A stretch of 64,000 nucleotides of DNA, taken from assembly GCA_965202665.1 (NCBI GenBank), contig OZ241841.1, positions 1,735,367 through 1,799,366 on the forward strand, given 5' to 3'. The notes under the pieces are model-generated. The model saw only the letters and a program-made list of their open reading frames with translations. It did not search any database and had not been told where the DNA came from. Both the position numbers and the translations under genes were made by a program. This DNA comes from Candidatus Spongiisociaceae bacterium (lineage in GTDB: Bacteria; Actinomycetota; Acidimicrobiia; Spongiisociales; Spongiisociaceae). Positions within the stretch are counted from its first letter, which is position 1; every line of letters begins with the position of its first letter. This document shows positions 37,637 through 48,601 of this stretch, one piece after another.

Positions 37637-39715
37637 CTGCGATGGTGGAGCCGTCGGAGGATATGGCAACCCCCTCCCCGAAACCATGGTTGAAGGGGTT
37701 GGTAGCAGACGGTTCTAGGGTGGCGTCTAGCGACCAAGTGCCATTGCTTTGACGGGTGTAGACATAGACTTTTTTGAGTCCTTCTCGGCTTCCGACTACT
37801 ACCGTGTCGCCGCTGATGTCCACATCCCACCCGAAGTAACCATTTTGCATGATGGTTGGGGGGGTGAGTTTGACGATGGCGCTGGCGGCGGTGTTCATCC
37901 CGTTGGGGTAGATGTACACCATCCCCGCCCTAGTACGCGTCACGTCATCTGCAGCATCGTTGTTGCCCATGTCGTCTACAACGCTTTCGTAAGAGGCTCC
38001 GACGACTATTACTCCGTTGTCGGCTGCTACGGCTTGCCCGTAGCGGGCGATGGCCCCGGCCCTGGCCCCGTCGGGGTGGTTGAGGCTGGGCCATTCCTCC
38101 TGCAAAGCGAAGGTGCTGACTTTGCCCGCTTCGTCCTGGTAGGCGGTTACTTTCAGGTGAGCCCCCGCCGGGTCGGCGTCCTCCGCTAAGGGTTTCTCGA
38201 ACTCGGCCATCACGGTGGGTCCGTCGAAGTTGGAGAACTGGTCGTTGGCGTCGTATTTGACCAGCATCAGTTTCTCCTCAGCGGCTACTACCAGCTGGTC
38301 GTTGTCGGGGTCTTTCACCAGGATGCGGCCGGTGAACGGCGCCCCGTCCGGTTCCTCCACCCAGTAATGGTAGACACGAGCCTCATGGGAGTTCAGATCA
38401 ATGTCGACGCCGTCGTTTTCAGGCCGATCTTCGCTACCGTCCGCTACTCCCACCACCTCGCTGAAGGTGGCCCAGATGGTTTCGATGACGCTGTCGGTGC
38501 TGTCGTAGTTGTAACCGAGGTTGGCCCGGCCGTCCCGTCCGGTGGTCCGCGTATACCGGCCCGTACCCGACAGCGTACGCTTCCCGCCGGATGAGCCGAC
38601 GGTGATACCGGCGGGCGCGGTGGAACCCACCCCCAAAATAACGGAGCAATCCGCGTCCTCATCTTTGGCCTTGGTGCACAAAGAGTCGGAAAGGAAACTG
38701 ATCCGTTTGCCGCGTACTGGGTCGCCGAACTGGTCGGTCAGTGTGGCCGTGACCGTGTTGCCGGCCCCTTGGCCTTCGTCCGACGCCAGAACGAACTCGT
38801 TGCGGGATGTGACCGTCAGCGTGGCCGGCCTCGGCGCTTCGTCCGACCAGCTGTAGGTGTCGGAGGAGAAGTCGCTTCCGTCCTCGTTTTTGAACGGCAA
38901 CCCGGCCGGCGGGTTGGTCAACGTCAACGTCACCGTCGCGCTGTCGCCGGTGTTGGTGCTGGGATCGGTTTGGGTGAATTCCAAAACGATTTTCCCGTCG
39001 GCGTCGGTCGTCATGCTGTTGGTGGAGGACGTGGTGTTGTCCCCCACCGTAGTGCTCTGCGCGACGGTTACCCGTTTGCCTTTGTCGGCTACGGCTTTGT
39101 CGTCCGGGTCGGCGATTTGGATGGTGACGGTGACGGTTTCCCCGAACTTGGAGCGGGTCTGCCCTTCCTCCAAGTTGTCGGTCACCAAAGTTTGGGTGGC
39201 CGCTTTGGAGAACCCGACGGTCAGTTGGGCGCGGGTGGTGTCATCGGAGTCGAACTTGTCGCCCCGGTCGCCGGTCCAGGCCCACACCGTCGCGTCCGCG
39301 TCCGTGATCTGCAAGGACAAATCGGTGAGGTCCCCCGACGCGTCGGTGGTGCTGTCCCCCAAATCCACCTCGCACGCCGTCTGCCCCACTTGCCCCACCC
39401 GATTCACATTCGCCGTAACGCACGCCCCGTCGTCCCCGAACGCCTCATCCGCGTCAGCGGAACGGAACACGTCCACCGACGCGTCCTGCACCGGCTGGAA
39501 GTTCACATCCCGCACCGACACAATCAACGGCACGCCCTGCGCCCCCAGCACCATATCCTGCTCGCTCTGAATCGACACCCCCGCCGGACGGGCGATGGTA
39601 TGCGCAAACGCCCGGGTGATGAACGACGCCGAATACATCGGAGCGAAATCAATGTCCTCCTCCTTACCATGCGTCCCCACCGCACCCGGAGGAGAAACCC
39701 CCAACCGAACATCAA
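37637..39715 (-). pseudogene. surface-protein cassette fragment (Ig-like middle plus start of propeller); lacks signal peptide/SLH region and is 3'-truncated by IS481
   Basis: Near-identical to the 45026-48565 protein from GVSPPGAVGTHG through ...SLNHPDGA. The SLH-domain segment is deleted (MYSA|SFITRAFAHT). The far 5' end is fused to an IS481 fragment. Confidence 0.65.
38100..39700. repeat. about 1.6 kb near-exact repeat (direct copy at ~46358-47958; inverted copy within 40801-42415)
   Basis: Identical translated ORFs appear on the track: 38857-39570(+) = 47115-47828(+) = 41538-42251(-), and 38367-38594 = 46625-46852. Confidence 0.8.
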
Positions 39716-40060
39716 GCGGGCGCACCGCCACCGGCAGGAGAGGAAGACCGGTCTGGGAAGACCGGTCATCGCGGCCGCGCGTTCCCCGGGCGTGCGCCAC
39801 CCCAGCGACGGAAGAAGAACAGGTGTTACGCACGCGGCGGGCCTTCCCGAGCGGGTTGCCGACGTCGATGGGCAGCCGGGGAGCTGGCTATCAACCGCAT
39901 CCTCCGCCGCGATGGGAAACGCTACTCTGCAGGAATCCGATCAGCTGACCGGCGAGCCGCTCAGAACCAGTCCCGGGCGGATGGTGCGGCATGAGCGCGG
40001 CAGGCCGGGAAAGTCGCCGCACAGGAACGTTGACAACCGTCTTGTTTTGAACCCCTTCAC
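39715..40060 (+). mobile_element. 5'-truncated, degenerate IS481 transposase-gene fragment
   Basis: About 80% nucleotide identity to 36758-37100 of the intact IS481 (..CGCCGCTACCGGGAAGAAGG..). Frames are broken. Confidence 0.5.
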
Positions 40061-40632
40061 CGGCTCGCGGTGCCCGCGCTGAATGAAACCACCACCCGGA
40101 TTTGAAATCGACGAACAGATGGCGAGGCGGCGGACAGGCGGATAGCCGACTGTCGATGAAGCTGTCCTCCGTCCCCAACTGGAAAATGCCTACCGGAAGG
40201 CCGTTCGCATCCCAGCCCCTCGTCAGACCGCGCAAAGCCCGCTTCCGTCGTCATCCGCAGTTCGTCCAGTCGTCTGCCCCGCTTCGCCGCGGGGCGACGA
40301 GGCGGGTGAGAACTTGGCGGGAGTCTGGCCGCCCTCCTTAATACATGGGACCCGCTCTCCGCTCCGAAGTGCCGGCTCATCCATCTCGCAACTGAGCAAA
40401 CGCCCGCTCCCCGCTTGTTGGAACCGAAACGCGGCCGAGCGAACCTACCGCACCGTTCTTGGGCCGCCGATGTTTGCGCCGGGCGGCCGGCGGGCCGGCG
40501 GGAGGCGTCGGCGCCGGTTGGGATGGCGTTGGAGAGCCCGGCGCGGCGTGCGGTTTTGCCGTCCCGGCCAGCGGCCGCGACCGGCTTCTCGGGCCGGGCC
40601 GAAAATCGTTTTAAGAAATTTCCGATTTTGAC

Positions 40633-40660
40633 TTGACAAGTTTTTTGGGGACGCTAATGT
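40633..40660 (+). promoter_or_regulatory. candidate sigma-70-type promoter of the only intact surface-protein gene
   Basis: TTGACA (40633-38), 16-nt spacer, TAATGT (40655-60). RBS GGAAGGA lies 10 nt before the ATG at 40750. Confidence 0.4.
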
Positions 40661-40749
40661 ATCGCGTGTTGAGGCGTAGGCCCCGGTATTGCCCTCCGGT
40701 AGCCAGCGTGTTAGGCAAACGAAAAATGGGCTTGGAAGGAGTAGTCGTG

Positions 40750-43700
40750 ATGGCGAAAGTGTCGGGTCGGGTTTGGATGGTGGGTCTTTTAGTGTTGGGT
40801 TTGGTGGTGAGTTTGTTGGGGGTTTCTCCTCCGGGTGCGGTGGGGACGCATGGGGAGGAGGAGGACATTGATTTCGCTCCCATGTATTCGGCGTGCGTGG
40901 GGCGGGCGACGGATTCGGCCGGTTTTGAGGACACGGCGGGCATCGGCGCGGAGGAGGCGATTGATTGCTTGTTCCATTATGGGATCACGAAAGGCCGGTC
41001 GGAGACCATGTACGCTCCGTCGGAGTCGGTGCTGCGGTGGCAGATGGCCCTGTTTTTGGCCCGGGCGTCGATGGCGGCGGGGATCGTGTTGGACAACCCG
41101 GCTGAGGATCAGGGGTTCACGGACATCAGCGCGGTGTCGGAAGAGGCCCAAAACGCCATCAACGGTTTAGCCAAAGAAGGGATCATGCCCGGCACGTCCG
41201 CGACGACGTTCAGCCCGAATTCGTCAGTGAACCGGGGTTCCATGGCGATGCTGCTGGACGCGTTCCTTTCCAAGGCCACTCCGGGGACGGGGGCGTTCGG
41301 GGAAGCGACGGAGAAGTACGCGGATGTAAAAGCCGACAACTTCAACGTGTTCACGGATGTGAACACGGTGTCGCTGAACACCTACAACGCCATATACCGC
41401 ATTTACGAGCTGGGGGTCACGAAAGGGGTGGCGGAACATCAGTTCAACCCGGCCGGGCTGGTAACGCGGGGGCAGATGGCGTCGTTCATCACCCGGGCGT
41501 TTGCTCATACCATCGCCCGTCCGGCGGGGGTGTCGATTCAGAGCGAGCAGGATATGGTGCTGGGGGCGCAGGGCGTGCCGTTGATTGTGTCGGTGCGGGA
41601 TGTGAACTTCCAGCCGGTGCAGGACGCGTCGGTGGACGTGTTCCGTTCCGCTGACGCGGATGAGGCGTTCGGGGACGACGGGGCGTGCGTTACGGCGAAT
41701 GTGAATCGGGTGGGGCAAGTGGGGCAGACGGCGTGCGAGGTGGATTTGGGGGACAGCACCACCGACGCGTCGGGGGACCTCACCGATTTGTCCTTGCAGA
41801 TCACGGACGCGGACGCGACGGTGTGGGCCTGGACCGGCGACCGGGGCGACAAGTTCGACTCCGATGACACCACCCGCGCCCAACTGACCGTCGGGTTCTC
41901 CAAAGCGGCCACCCAAACTTTGGTGACCGACAACTTGGAGGAAGGGCAGACCCGCTCCAAGTTCGGGGAAACCGTCACCGTCACCATCCAAATCGCCGAC
42001 CCGGACGACAAAGCCGTAGCCGACAAAGGCAAACGGGTAACCGTCGCGCAGAGCACTACGGTGGGGGACAACACCACGTCCTCCACCAACAGCATGACGA
42101 CCGACGCCGACGGGAAAATCGTTTTGGAATTCACCCAAACCGATCCCAGCACCAACACCGGCGACAGCGCGACGGTGACGTTGACGTTGACCAACCCGCC
42201 GGCCGGGTTGCCGTTCAAAAACGAGGACGGAAGCGACTTCTCCTCCGACACCTACAGCTGGTCGGACGAAGCGCCGAGGCCGGCCACGCTGACGGTCACA
42301 TCCCGCAACGAGTTCGTTCTGGCGTCGGACGAAGGCCAAGGGGCCGGCAACACGGTCACGGCCACACTGACCGACCAGTTCGGCGACCCAGTACGCGGCA
42401 AACGGATCACGTTCACCTCCGACACTCTGTGCGTGAAGAAGCAACCGACTGACGCGGAGTGCGTCACGCACGGCGTGGGCGCCAACAACTACATGCGCAC
42501 CACCGGACGGGACGGCCGGGCCAACCTCGGTTACAACTACGACAACACGAACAGCGTCATCGAGGCCATCCGGGCCACCTACACCTACGTCGGCACCGAG
42601 GGAGTGCGGGGAGTGGTCGACACCACCGACCCCCTTCCCATGGGCGACCCGAAGGACGAGACCGTGTTGACGTCTGAGCCCGTTCACCATTACTGGGTGG
42701 AGGAACCGACCGGGGACCCGTTCACCGGGCGCATCTTGGTGAAAGACCCCGACAACGACCAGGTGGTGGTAGCCGCTGAAGAGAAACTGATGCTGGTCAA
42801 ATACGACGGGAACGACCAGTTCAACCTCGAGTCGGGAACCACCATCTTCTCCGAGTTCGAGAAACTGCTGGAAGAAAACGCCGACCCGGCGGGAGCCCAC
42901 CTGAAGGTAACCTCCTACGAAGACGCCGCCGCCGACGTTAGCGTCTTCACCGTACAAGAAGAATGGCCCGGCCTAGACCACCCCGCAGGCGCCAACGGCC
43001 GCTTCAACTACCCAATCGTGGTAGCCGACAACGGCATAATCGTCGTCGGGCATTACCTTGAGACGGTGACGTCGGGCGGCACCCAGATGCCACATGCGGG
43101 CGCAGTTTACATTTATCCGAACGGGATGGACACCGCCGCGAACAATATCGTGAAGCTGACCGCCCCCACTCCTTTCGCTTGCGGGTATTTCGGATATGAT
43201 GTGGACATCACCGACAACACGGTGGTAGTCGGCAACGCGTTCGTCGGCATCGACTCCGGTAGGTTGCGTCCGGTGGTGGGATTGGGCGAGGGTCAAACTT
43301 GCGCTATGTCCTCCTCCTATGAGAAAAAGGTCTACGTGTACACCCGCACAGATAGCGGATGGCCCATCGACGCCACATTTACCAGCGTCGATGCCCAGAA
43401 CAACACTGGTTTCGGGGAGGGGGTGGCTATCTCCTCCGATGGTTCCACCATCGCGGTGGTAGGACCCGGCTCGAATAATAATGGGGCCGTGTTCGTGTTC
43501 GAGAAGCCCCAAACCGGAGGCTGGGTGGACAACACCACCGCCGGTCAAGGCCGTCTGAGGGGCGGTGGCGGCGATGGGGTCGGATGGATTCGAACCGAAC
43601 GGTCTGTCGCTATCTCCGGGGACGGTTCGGTAATCGCCGCTGGCGGTTGCAACAACGAAGGCAGCACCGGCACGTGCGGAGGGTGGCTGTATGTGTACGA

Positions 43701-44328
43701 GAAGGACCCCACCGCCAGCTGGGACGGGGTCACCAAAGCCGATGGCGACGCCCGCTTCCTGGCCTATGAGGGAACGGGTGATCCTAATGTCGCTACCGAT
43801 TACGGTCAAGGGCGGCAATCTAGACATGAGTTCGCCAAGTACGTGGCGCTCTCCGACGACGGAACCGTGTTGGTCGCCTCCGGGCACTACCGAGCTGAGG
43901 CTGAAAAGCCGGGGGAAGTGTACGTGTGGAACAAACCGGAAACAGGCGGCTGGAGAGTGCATCACATCGATCGGCGGCTACCCGGCATGACCCCCAACGT
44001 TGGCTTCAAGTTGAAGGTCTCGTCTCCCCGTAACAGCGACGTGTTCGGACAATACATCGCCGTAACCGGCGACGGTTCGGAGATAGCCGCTTCCCGCCAC
44101 TACCGGCAGGAAGGCACCTTCCGGGGTTCGGTGGTGACCTTCAAGCGTCCCGCCGACGGCGCCTGGGCAAACGACAGCACACCCGACGACGAGTACTTGG
44201 GTCCCTATGTCCGAGCCCACCTGGGGTGGCAGACCACCTACGACAAATCCAACAGTGATCTATACACCGCGGTGTCCGCGGCCAATGATATGGAAAGCCC
44301 GCTTTCCATCTTCAAGATCACCCGATAA
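40750..44328 (+). CDS. large S-layer-homology (3x SLH) domain surface protein with bacterial Ig-like (Big) domains and C-terminal FG-GAP beta-propeller repeats; intact expression copy
   Basis: Signal peptide MAKVSGRVWMVGLLVLGLVV. Three SLH repeats (FxD...AIxxL...GIxxG...F.P...V.RGQMA.FL.RA). Ig-like T/V-rich domains. FGEGVAISSDGSTIAV-type FG-GAP repeats. 1192 aa. Confidence 0.8.
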   Translation: MAKVSGRVWMVGLLVLGLVVSLLGVSPPGAVGTHGEEEDIDFAPMYSACVGRATDSAGFEDTAGIGAEEAIDCLFHYGITKGRSETMYAPSESVLRWQMALFLARASMAAGIVLDNPAEDQGFTDISAVSEEAQNAINGLAKEGIMPGTSATTFSPNSSVNRGSMAMLLDAFLSKATPGTGAFGEATEKYADVKADNFNVFTDVNTVSLNTYNAIYRIYELGVTKGVAEHQFNPAGLVTRGQMASFITRAFAHTIARPAGVSIQSEQDMVLGAQGVPLIVSVRDVNFQPVQDASVDVFRSADADEAFGDDGACVTANVNRVGQVGQTACEVDLGDSTTDASGDLTDLSLQITDADATVWAWTGDRGDKFDSDDTTRAQLTVGFSKAATQTLVTDNLEEGQTRSKFGETVTVTIQIADPDDKAVADKGKRVTVAQSTTVGDNTTSSTNSMTTDADGKIVLEFTQTDPSTNTGDSATVTLTLTNPPAGLPFKNEDGSDFSSDTYSWSDEAPRPATLTVTSRNEFVLASDEGQGAGNTVTATLTDQFGDPVRGKRITFTSDTLCVKKQPTDAECVTHGVGANNYMRTTGRDGRANLGYNYDNTNSVIEAIRATYTYVGTEGVRGVVDTTDPLPMGDPKDETVLTSEPVHHYWVEEPTGDPFTGRILVKDPDNDQVVVAAEEKLMLVKYDGNDQFNLESGTTIFSEFEKLLEENADPAGAHLKVTSYEDAAADVSVFTVQEEWPGLDHPAGANGRFNYPIVVADNGIIVVGHYLETVTSGGTQMPHAGAVYIYPNGMDTAANNIVKLTAPTPFACGYFGYDVDITDNTVVVGNAFVGIDSGRLRPVVGLGEGQTCAMSSSYEKKVYVYTRTDSGWPIDATFTSVDAQNNTGFGEGVAISSDGSTIAVVGPGSNNNGAVFVFEKPQTGGWVDNTTAGQGRLRGGGGDGVGWIRTERSVAISGDGSVIAAGGCNNEGSTGTCGGWLYVYEKDPTASWDGVTKADGDARFLAYEGTGDPNVATDYGQGRQSRHEFAKYVALSDDGTVLVASGHYRAEAEKPGEVYVWNKPETGGWRVHHIDRRLPGMTPNVGFKLKVSSPRNSDVFGQYIAVTGDGSEIAASRHYRQEGTFRGSVVTFKRPADGAWANDSTPDDEYLGPYVRAHLGWQTTYDKSNSDLYTAVSAANDMESPLSIFKITR
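40801..42415. repeat. about 1.6 kb segment identical, in inverted orientation, to 46954-48568 (5' conserved region of the surface-protein genes)
   Basis: Track ORFs 40835-41170(+) = 48196-48531(-) and 41109-41381(-) = 47985-48257(+) are identical at the amino-acid level. Confidence 0.8.
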
Positions 44329-44352
44329 GCCTTTCACGCAACCCAACACGCC

Positions 44353-44389
44353 AGGAGGCCTCCCCCGCTTAGCGGGGGAGGCTCCTCCT
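44353..44389. other. conserved cassette 3'-UTR hairpin (copy 2, inverted)
   Basis: AGGAGGCCTCCCCCGCTTAGCGGGGGAGGCTCCTCCT. Confidence 0.5.
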
Positions 44390-44397
44390 GTTAAAGC

Positions 44398-44957
44398 GGC
44401 TCTTGTTTTAGGGGGGAGTTAGAGGTTAAGGGGGTTGCGTTTGGGGCGGGGGGCGAGCGTTTTATTGGGGCGGGGTGGGGCGGCGGCCGGTCAGCTAACG
44501 TTCATAGCCGTGCCGGACGGTCGCCCCGGAGCCGTCCAGCCTTTCCAGCGACGGAACTGCGTATTTGCGGGTCAGCCCCATCGCGTCCCGGAAGGCGGCC
44601 ACCGTGAACCGCTCCGGCAAGTCGCCCAAGCGGGCCAGAAGTTCTTCAATCTGTTCGGGCAGATAGACCAGATGGTCGGAGATCCGCACCAGCCGGCCTT
44701 CCCGCACCAGGATGTGCACCGGGTTCCGGGTCCGCCCGCAGTTCCGCCACCCGGGGGGCTTGCAGCCCTGCCCCCCGCAACTCCCGCTGTATGCGTTCCC
44801 GCTTGGCGTTTTCCCCCTCTCGGAAGGCGAGGGCGAAACCGGCCTCCGCCACCGCCGAACCCCTTGCTGAAGATCGTCCCTCGTATTTAGAGGCGATGAC
44901 AGCCAGTAGCGACCCCCGCCCTAAACCAGCGCAACCCCCTAATCCCACGCGGAGAGC
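44398..44957. mobile_element. inverted-repeat-flanked segment carrying a duplicated selB 3' fragment (MITE-like/ISL3-derived)
   Basis: IR-like GGCTCTTGTTTTAGGGGGGAGTTAGAGGTTAAGGGGGTTGCGTTTGG at 44398-44444, with its inverted counterpart at 44911-44957. The interior 44440-44860 is about 90% identical to 51690-52140 (selB C-terminus plus downstream). Confidence 0.55.
44495..44900 (-). pseudogene. selB C-terminal fragment (duplicate)
   Basis: Encodes ..HILVREGRLVRISDHLVYLPEQIEELLARLGDLPERFTVAAFRDAMGLTRKYAVP.LE.LDGSGATVRHG.ER, matching the winged-helix C-terminus of the full selB at 51745. Confidence 0.7.
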
Positions 44958-44964
44958 CCTTAAC

Positions 44965-45002
44965 AGGAGGAGCCTCCCCCGCTGAGCGGGGGAGGCCTCC
45001 TG
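44965..45002. other. conserved cassette 3'-UTR hairpin (copy 3)
   Basis: AGGAGGAGCCTCCCCCGCTGAGCGGGGGAGGCCTCC, 24 nt downstream of the stop of the 45026 gene. Confidence 0.5.
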
Positions 45003-45025
45003 GCGTGTTGGGTTGCGTGAAAGGC

Positions 45026-48000
45026 TTATCGGGTGATCTGGTAAACAGTCAGCAACGTGCCGGCTTCGACAGACTCTCGTATCCCGGAGTACAGGGTGCC
45101 GGAGGTCTTGTCGTAGGTGGTCGCCCATCCCATACGGGCGTTAACCCGGGGACCCAAGAACTCTTCGTCCGGTGTGCTGTCGGAGGCCCATCCAGTAGCG
45201 GGCTTCGTGAATGTCACCACCGAACCCCGGAAGTCGCCTTCCTGCCGATAATGACGACCGGACGCGATCTCCGAACCGTCGCCTTTGATGGCAATGTACT
45301 GGCCGAACACATCCTGGTTTCTGGGGGACGACACGGTCAGATCAAATCCTGTTGTCGCTTCCTCCGAATCCGCTTGAGTGTCAACGTGCCAACTTTCCCA
45401 GCTCGTGCCGGGCCTGACGTACACACGTATCGTCCCGGGCACATTTCTAGGACTAGTCTGACCCTGGTAGTGGTTGGAGACGACCAGGGTTGTCCCGTCA
45501 TCGGTGAGAGCCAAGTACTTGGCAAACTGAGTTCCGCTACCACCCATTCCGCGATTGCGGATGCGAGCACCGTCGGTTCCTGAACCTCCGTCGGACTGGT
45601 CCGCCCAGCCGCCAGCAGGCTTCTTATACACGTATATCCATCCTCCGGTATTGCCAGCGGCGATCGTCTCCCCATCCCCGGAGATAGCAATGGCCCGTTC
45701 GTTGCTATAGCCATTCCCGATTCTCAGTTCAGGTTCATCAGCGTGAGTGGCATCGGCAGCCCAGCCCGTGCCGGGCTCTTCATATACCACTATCCTTCCT
45801 TCGTTGCCCTGGTCGTCAGCCCCGATCACCGCAATGGTGGAACCGTCGTCGGATATGGCAACTCCCTCTCCGAACCCCTGGCCGAAATCGGCATTCTCAG
45901 TACTCGGATTCGGGGACAATATCTTAGTAGTGGTGGTCGGCCAACCAGCACTCTCCTTTTCATAAATGTAGACCTTCCGCAACCCTCTTTGCCCCGCGGG
46001 CAACTGATGGTGGTATCGGGTTCCGACGACGATGGTGTCGCCTGCGATGTCCACGTCGTGTCCGAAGAAGCCGTTGGCTACGATATCCGTGGCTGGGGGG
46101 GTAAGTTTGACGATGTTGCCGGCGGCGGTGTTCATCCCGTTGGGGTAGATGTACACCATCCCCGCGTTAGTACGCGTCACGTCATCAGTTTCCATGCAAG
46201 TGGCCAGAGCGTCGCGGCAGGAGCCCATTTGCACCACAATGGTTTCTCTGGGGGCTCCGACGACTATTACTCCGTTGTCGGCTGCTACCGCCTCCCCAAA
46301 TCTGGCGGCGGCTCCGTCTTCTGCCCCGTCGGGGTGGTTGAGGCTGGGCCATTCCTCCTGCAAAGCGAAGGTGCTGACTTTGCCCGCTTCGTCCTGGTAG
46401 GCGGTTACTTTCAGGTGAGCCCCCGCCGGGTCGGCGTCCTCCGCTAAGGGTTTCTCGAACTCGGCCATCACGGTGGGTCCGTCGAAGTTGGAGAACTGGT
46501 CGTTGGCGTCGTATTTGACCAGCATCAGTTTCTCCTCAGCGGCTACTACCAGCTGGTCGTTGTCGGGGTCTTTCACCAGGATGCGGCCGGTGAACGGCGC
46601 CCCGTCCGGTTCCTCCACCCAGTAATGGTAGACACGAGCCTCATGGGAGTTCAGATCAATGTCGACGCCGTCGTTTTCAGGCCGATCTTCGCTACCGTCC
46701 GCTACTCCCACCACCTCGCTGAAGGTGGCCCAGATGGTTTCGATGACGCTGTCGGTGCTGTCGTAGTTGTAACCGAGGTTGGCCCGGCCGTCCCGTCCGG
46801 TGGTCCGCGTATACCGGCCCGTACCCGACAGCGTACGCTTCCCGCCGGATGAGCCGACGGTGATACCGGCGGGCGCGGTGGAACCCACCCCCAAAATAAC
46901 GGAGCAATCCGCGTCCTCATCTTTGGCCTTGGTGCACAAAGAGTCGGAAAGGAAACTGATCCGTTTGCCGCGTACTGGGTCGCCGAACTGGTCGGTCAGT
47001 GTGGCCGTGACCGTGTTGCCGGCCCCTTGGCCTTCGTCCGACGCCAGAACGAACTCGTTGCGGGATGTGACCGTCAGCGTGGCCGGCCTCGGCGCTTCGT
47101 CCGACCAGCTGTAGGTGTCGGAGGAGAAGTCGCTTCCGTCCTCGTTTTTGAACGGCAACCCGGCCGGCGGGTTGGTCAACGTCAACGTCACCGTCGCGCT
47201 GTCGCCGGTGTTGGTGCTGGGATCGGTTTGGGTGAATTCCAAAACGATTTTCCCGTCGGCGTCGGTCGTCATGCTGTTGGTGGAGGACGTGGTGTTGTCC
47301 CCCACCGTAGTGCTCTGCGCGACGGTTACCCGTTTGCCTTTGTCGGCTACGGCTTTGTCGTCCGGGTCGGCGATTTGGATGGTGACGGTGACGGTTTCCC
47401 CGAACTTGGAGCGGGTCTGCCCTTCCTCCAAGTTGTCGGTCACCAAAGTTTGGGTGGCCGCTTTGGAGAACCCGACGGTCAGTTGGGCGCGGGTGGTGTC
47501 ATCGGAGTCGAACTTGTCGCCCCGGTCGCCGGTCCAGGCCCACACCGTCGCGTCCGCGTCCGTGATCTGCAAGGACAAATCGGTGAGGTCCCCCGACGCG
47601 TCGGTGGTGCTGTCCCCCAAATCCACCTCGCACGCCGTCTGCCCCACTTGCCCCACCCGATTCACATTCGCCGTAACGCACGCCCCGTCGTCCCCGAACG
47701 CCTCATCCGCGTCAGCGGAACGGAACACGTCCACCGACGCGTCCTGCACCGGCTGGAAGTTCACATCCCGCACCGACACAATCAACGGCACGCCCTGCGC
47801 CCCCAGCACCATATCCTGCTCGCTCTGAATCGACACCCCCGCCGGACGGGCGATGGTATGAGCAAACGCCCGGGTGATGAACGACGCCATCTGCCCCCGC
47901 GTTACCAGCCCGGCCGGGTTGAACTGATGTTCCGCCACCCCTTTCGTGACCCCCAGCTCGTAAATGCGGTATATGGCGTTGTAGGTGTTCAGCGACACCG

Positions 48001-48570
48001 TGTTCACATCCGTGAACACGTTGAAGTTGTCGGCTTTTACATCCGCGTACTTCTCCGTCGCTTCCCCGAACGCCCCCGTCCCCGGAGTGGCCTTGGAAAG
48101 GAACGCGTCCAGCAGCATCGCCATGGAACCCCGGTTCACTGACGAATTCGGGCTGAACGTCGTCGCGGACGTGCCGGGCATGATCCCTTCTTTGGCTAAA
48201 CCGTTGATGGCGTTTTGGGCCTCTTCCGACACCGCGCTGATGTCCGTGAACCCCTGATCCTCAGCCGGGTTGTCCAACACGATCCCCGCCGCCATCGACG
48301 CCCGGGCCAAAAACAGGGCCATCTGCCACCGCAGCACCGACTCCGACGGAGCGTACATGGTCTCCGACCGGCCTTTCGTGATCCCATAATGGAACAAGCA
48401 ATCAATCGCCTCCTCCGCGCCGATGCCCGCCGTGTCCTCAAAACCGGCCGAATCCGTCGCCCGCCCCACGCACGCCGAATACATGGGAGCGAAATCAATG
48501 TCCTCCTCCTCCCCATGCGTCCCCACCGCACCCGGAGGAGAAACCCCCAACAAACTCACCACCAAACCGG
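45026..48570 (-). CDS. SLH-domain surface-protein paralog with a distinct C-terminal propeller variant; 5' end (signal peptide/start) disrupted by a poly-G tract and IS481 fragment
   Basis: Identical to the 40750 protein from VVSLLGVSPPGAVGTHG through ..PVRGKRI, then divergent. Ends ..LLTVYQITR. There is no start codon, RBS or promoter; the sequence runs into GGGGGGGGGGGGGCGGCGGGGGGGGGGGGG at 48571-48601. Confidence 0.65.
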
Positions 48571-48601
48571 GGGGGGGGGGGGCGGCGGGGGGGGGGGGGG
48601 G
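48571..48601. repeat. poly-G homopolymer tract (probable sequencing/assembly artefact)
   Basis: A run of 14 G, then CGGC, then 13 G. It sits exactly at the junction between the surface-protein 5' region and the IS481 fragment. Confidence 0.7.

Noticed and set aside
35690-48600. Possibility that the repeated hairpins and kb-scale repeats represent a CRISPR array or tandem VNTR
   Set aside because: The repeats are kilobase-long coding segments of paralogous genes. The 37-nt hairpins occur only three times, with unrelated long intervening sequence. There is no short repeat-spacer periodicity and no cas genes.
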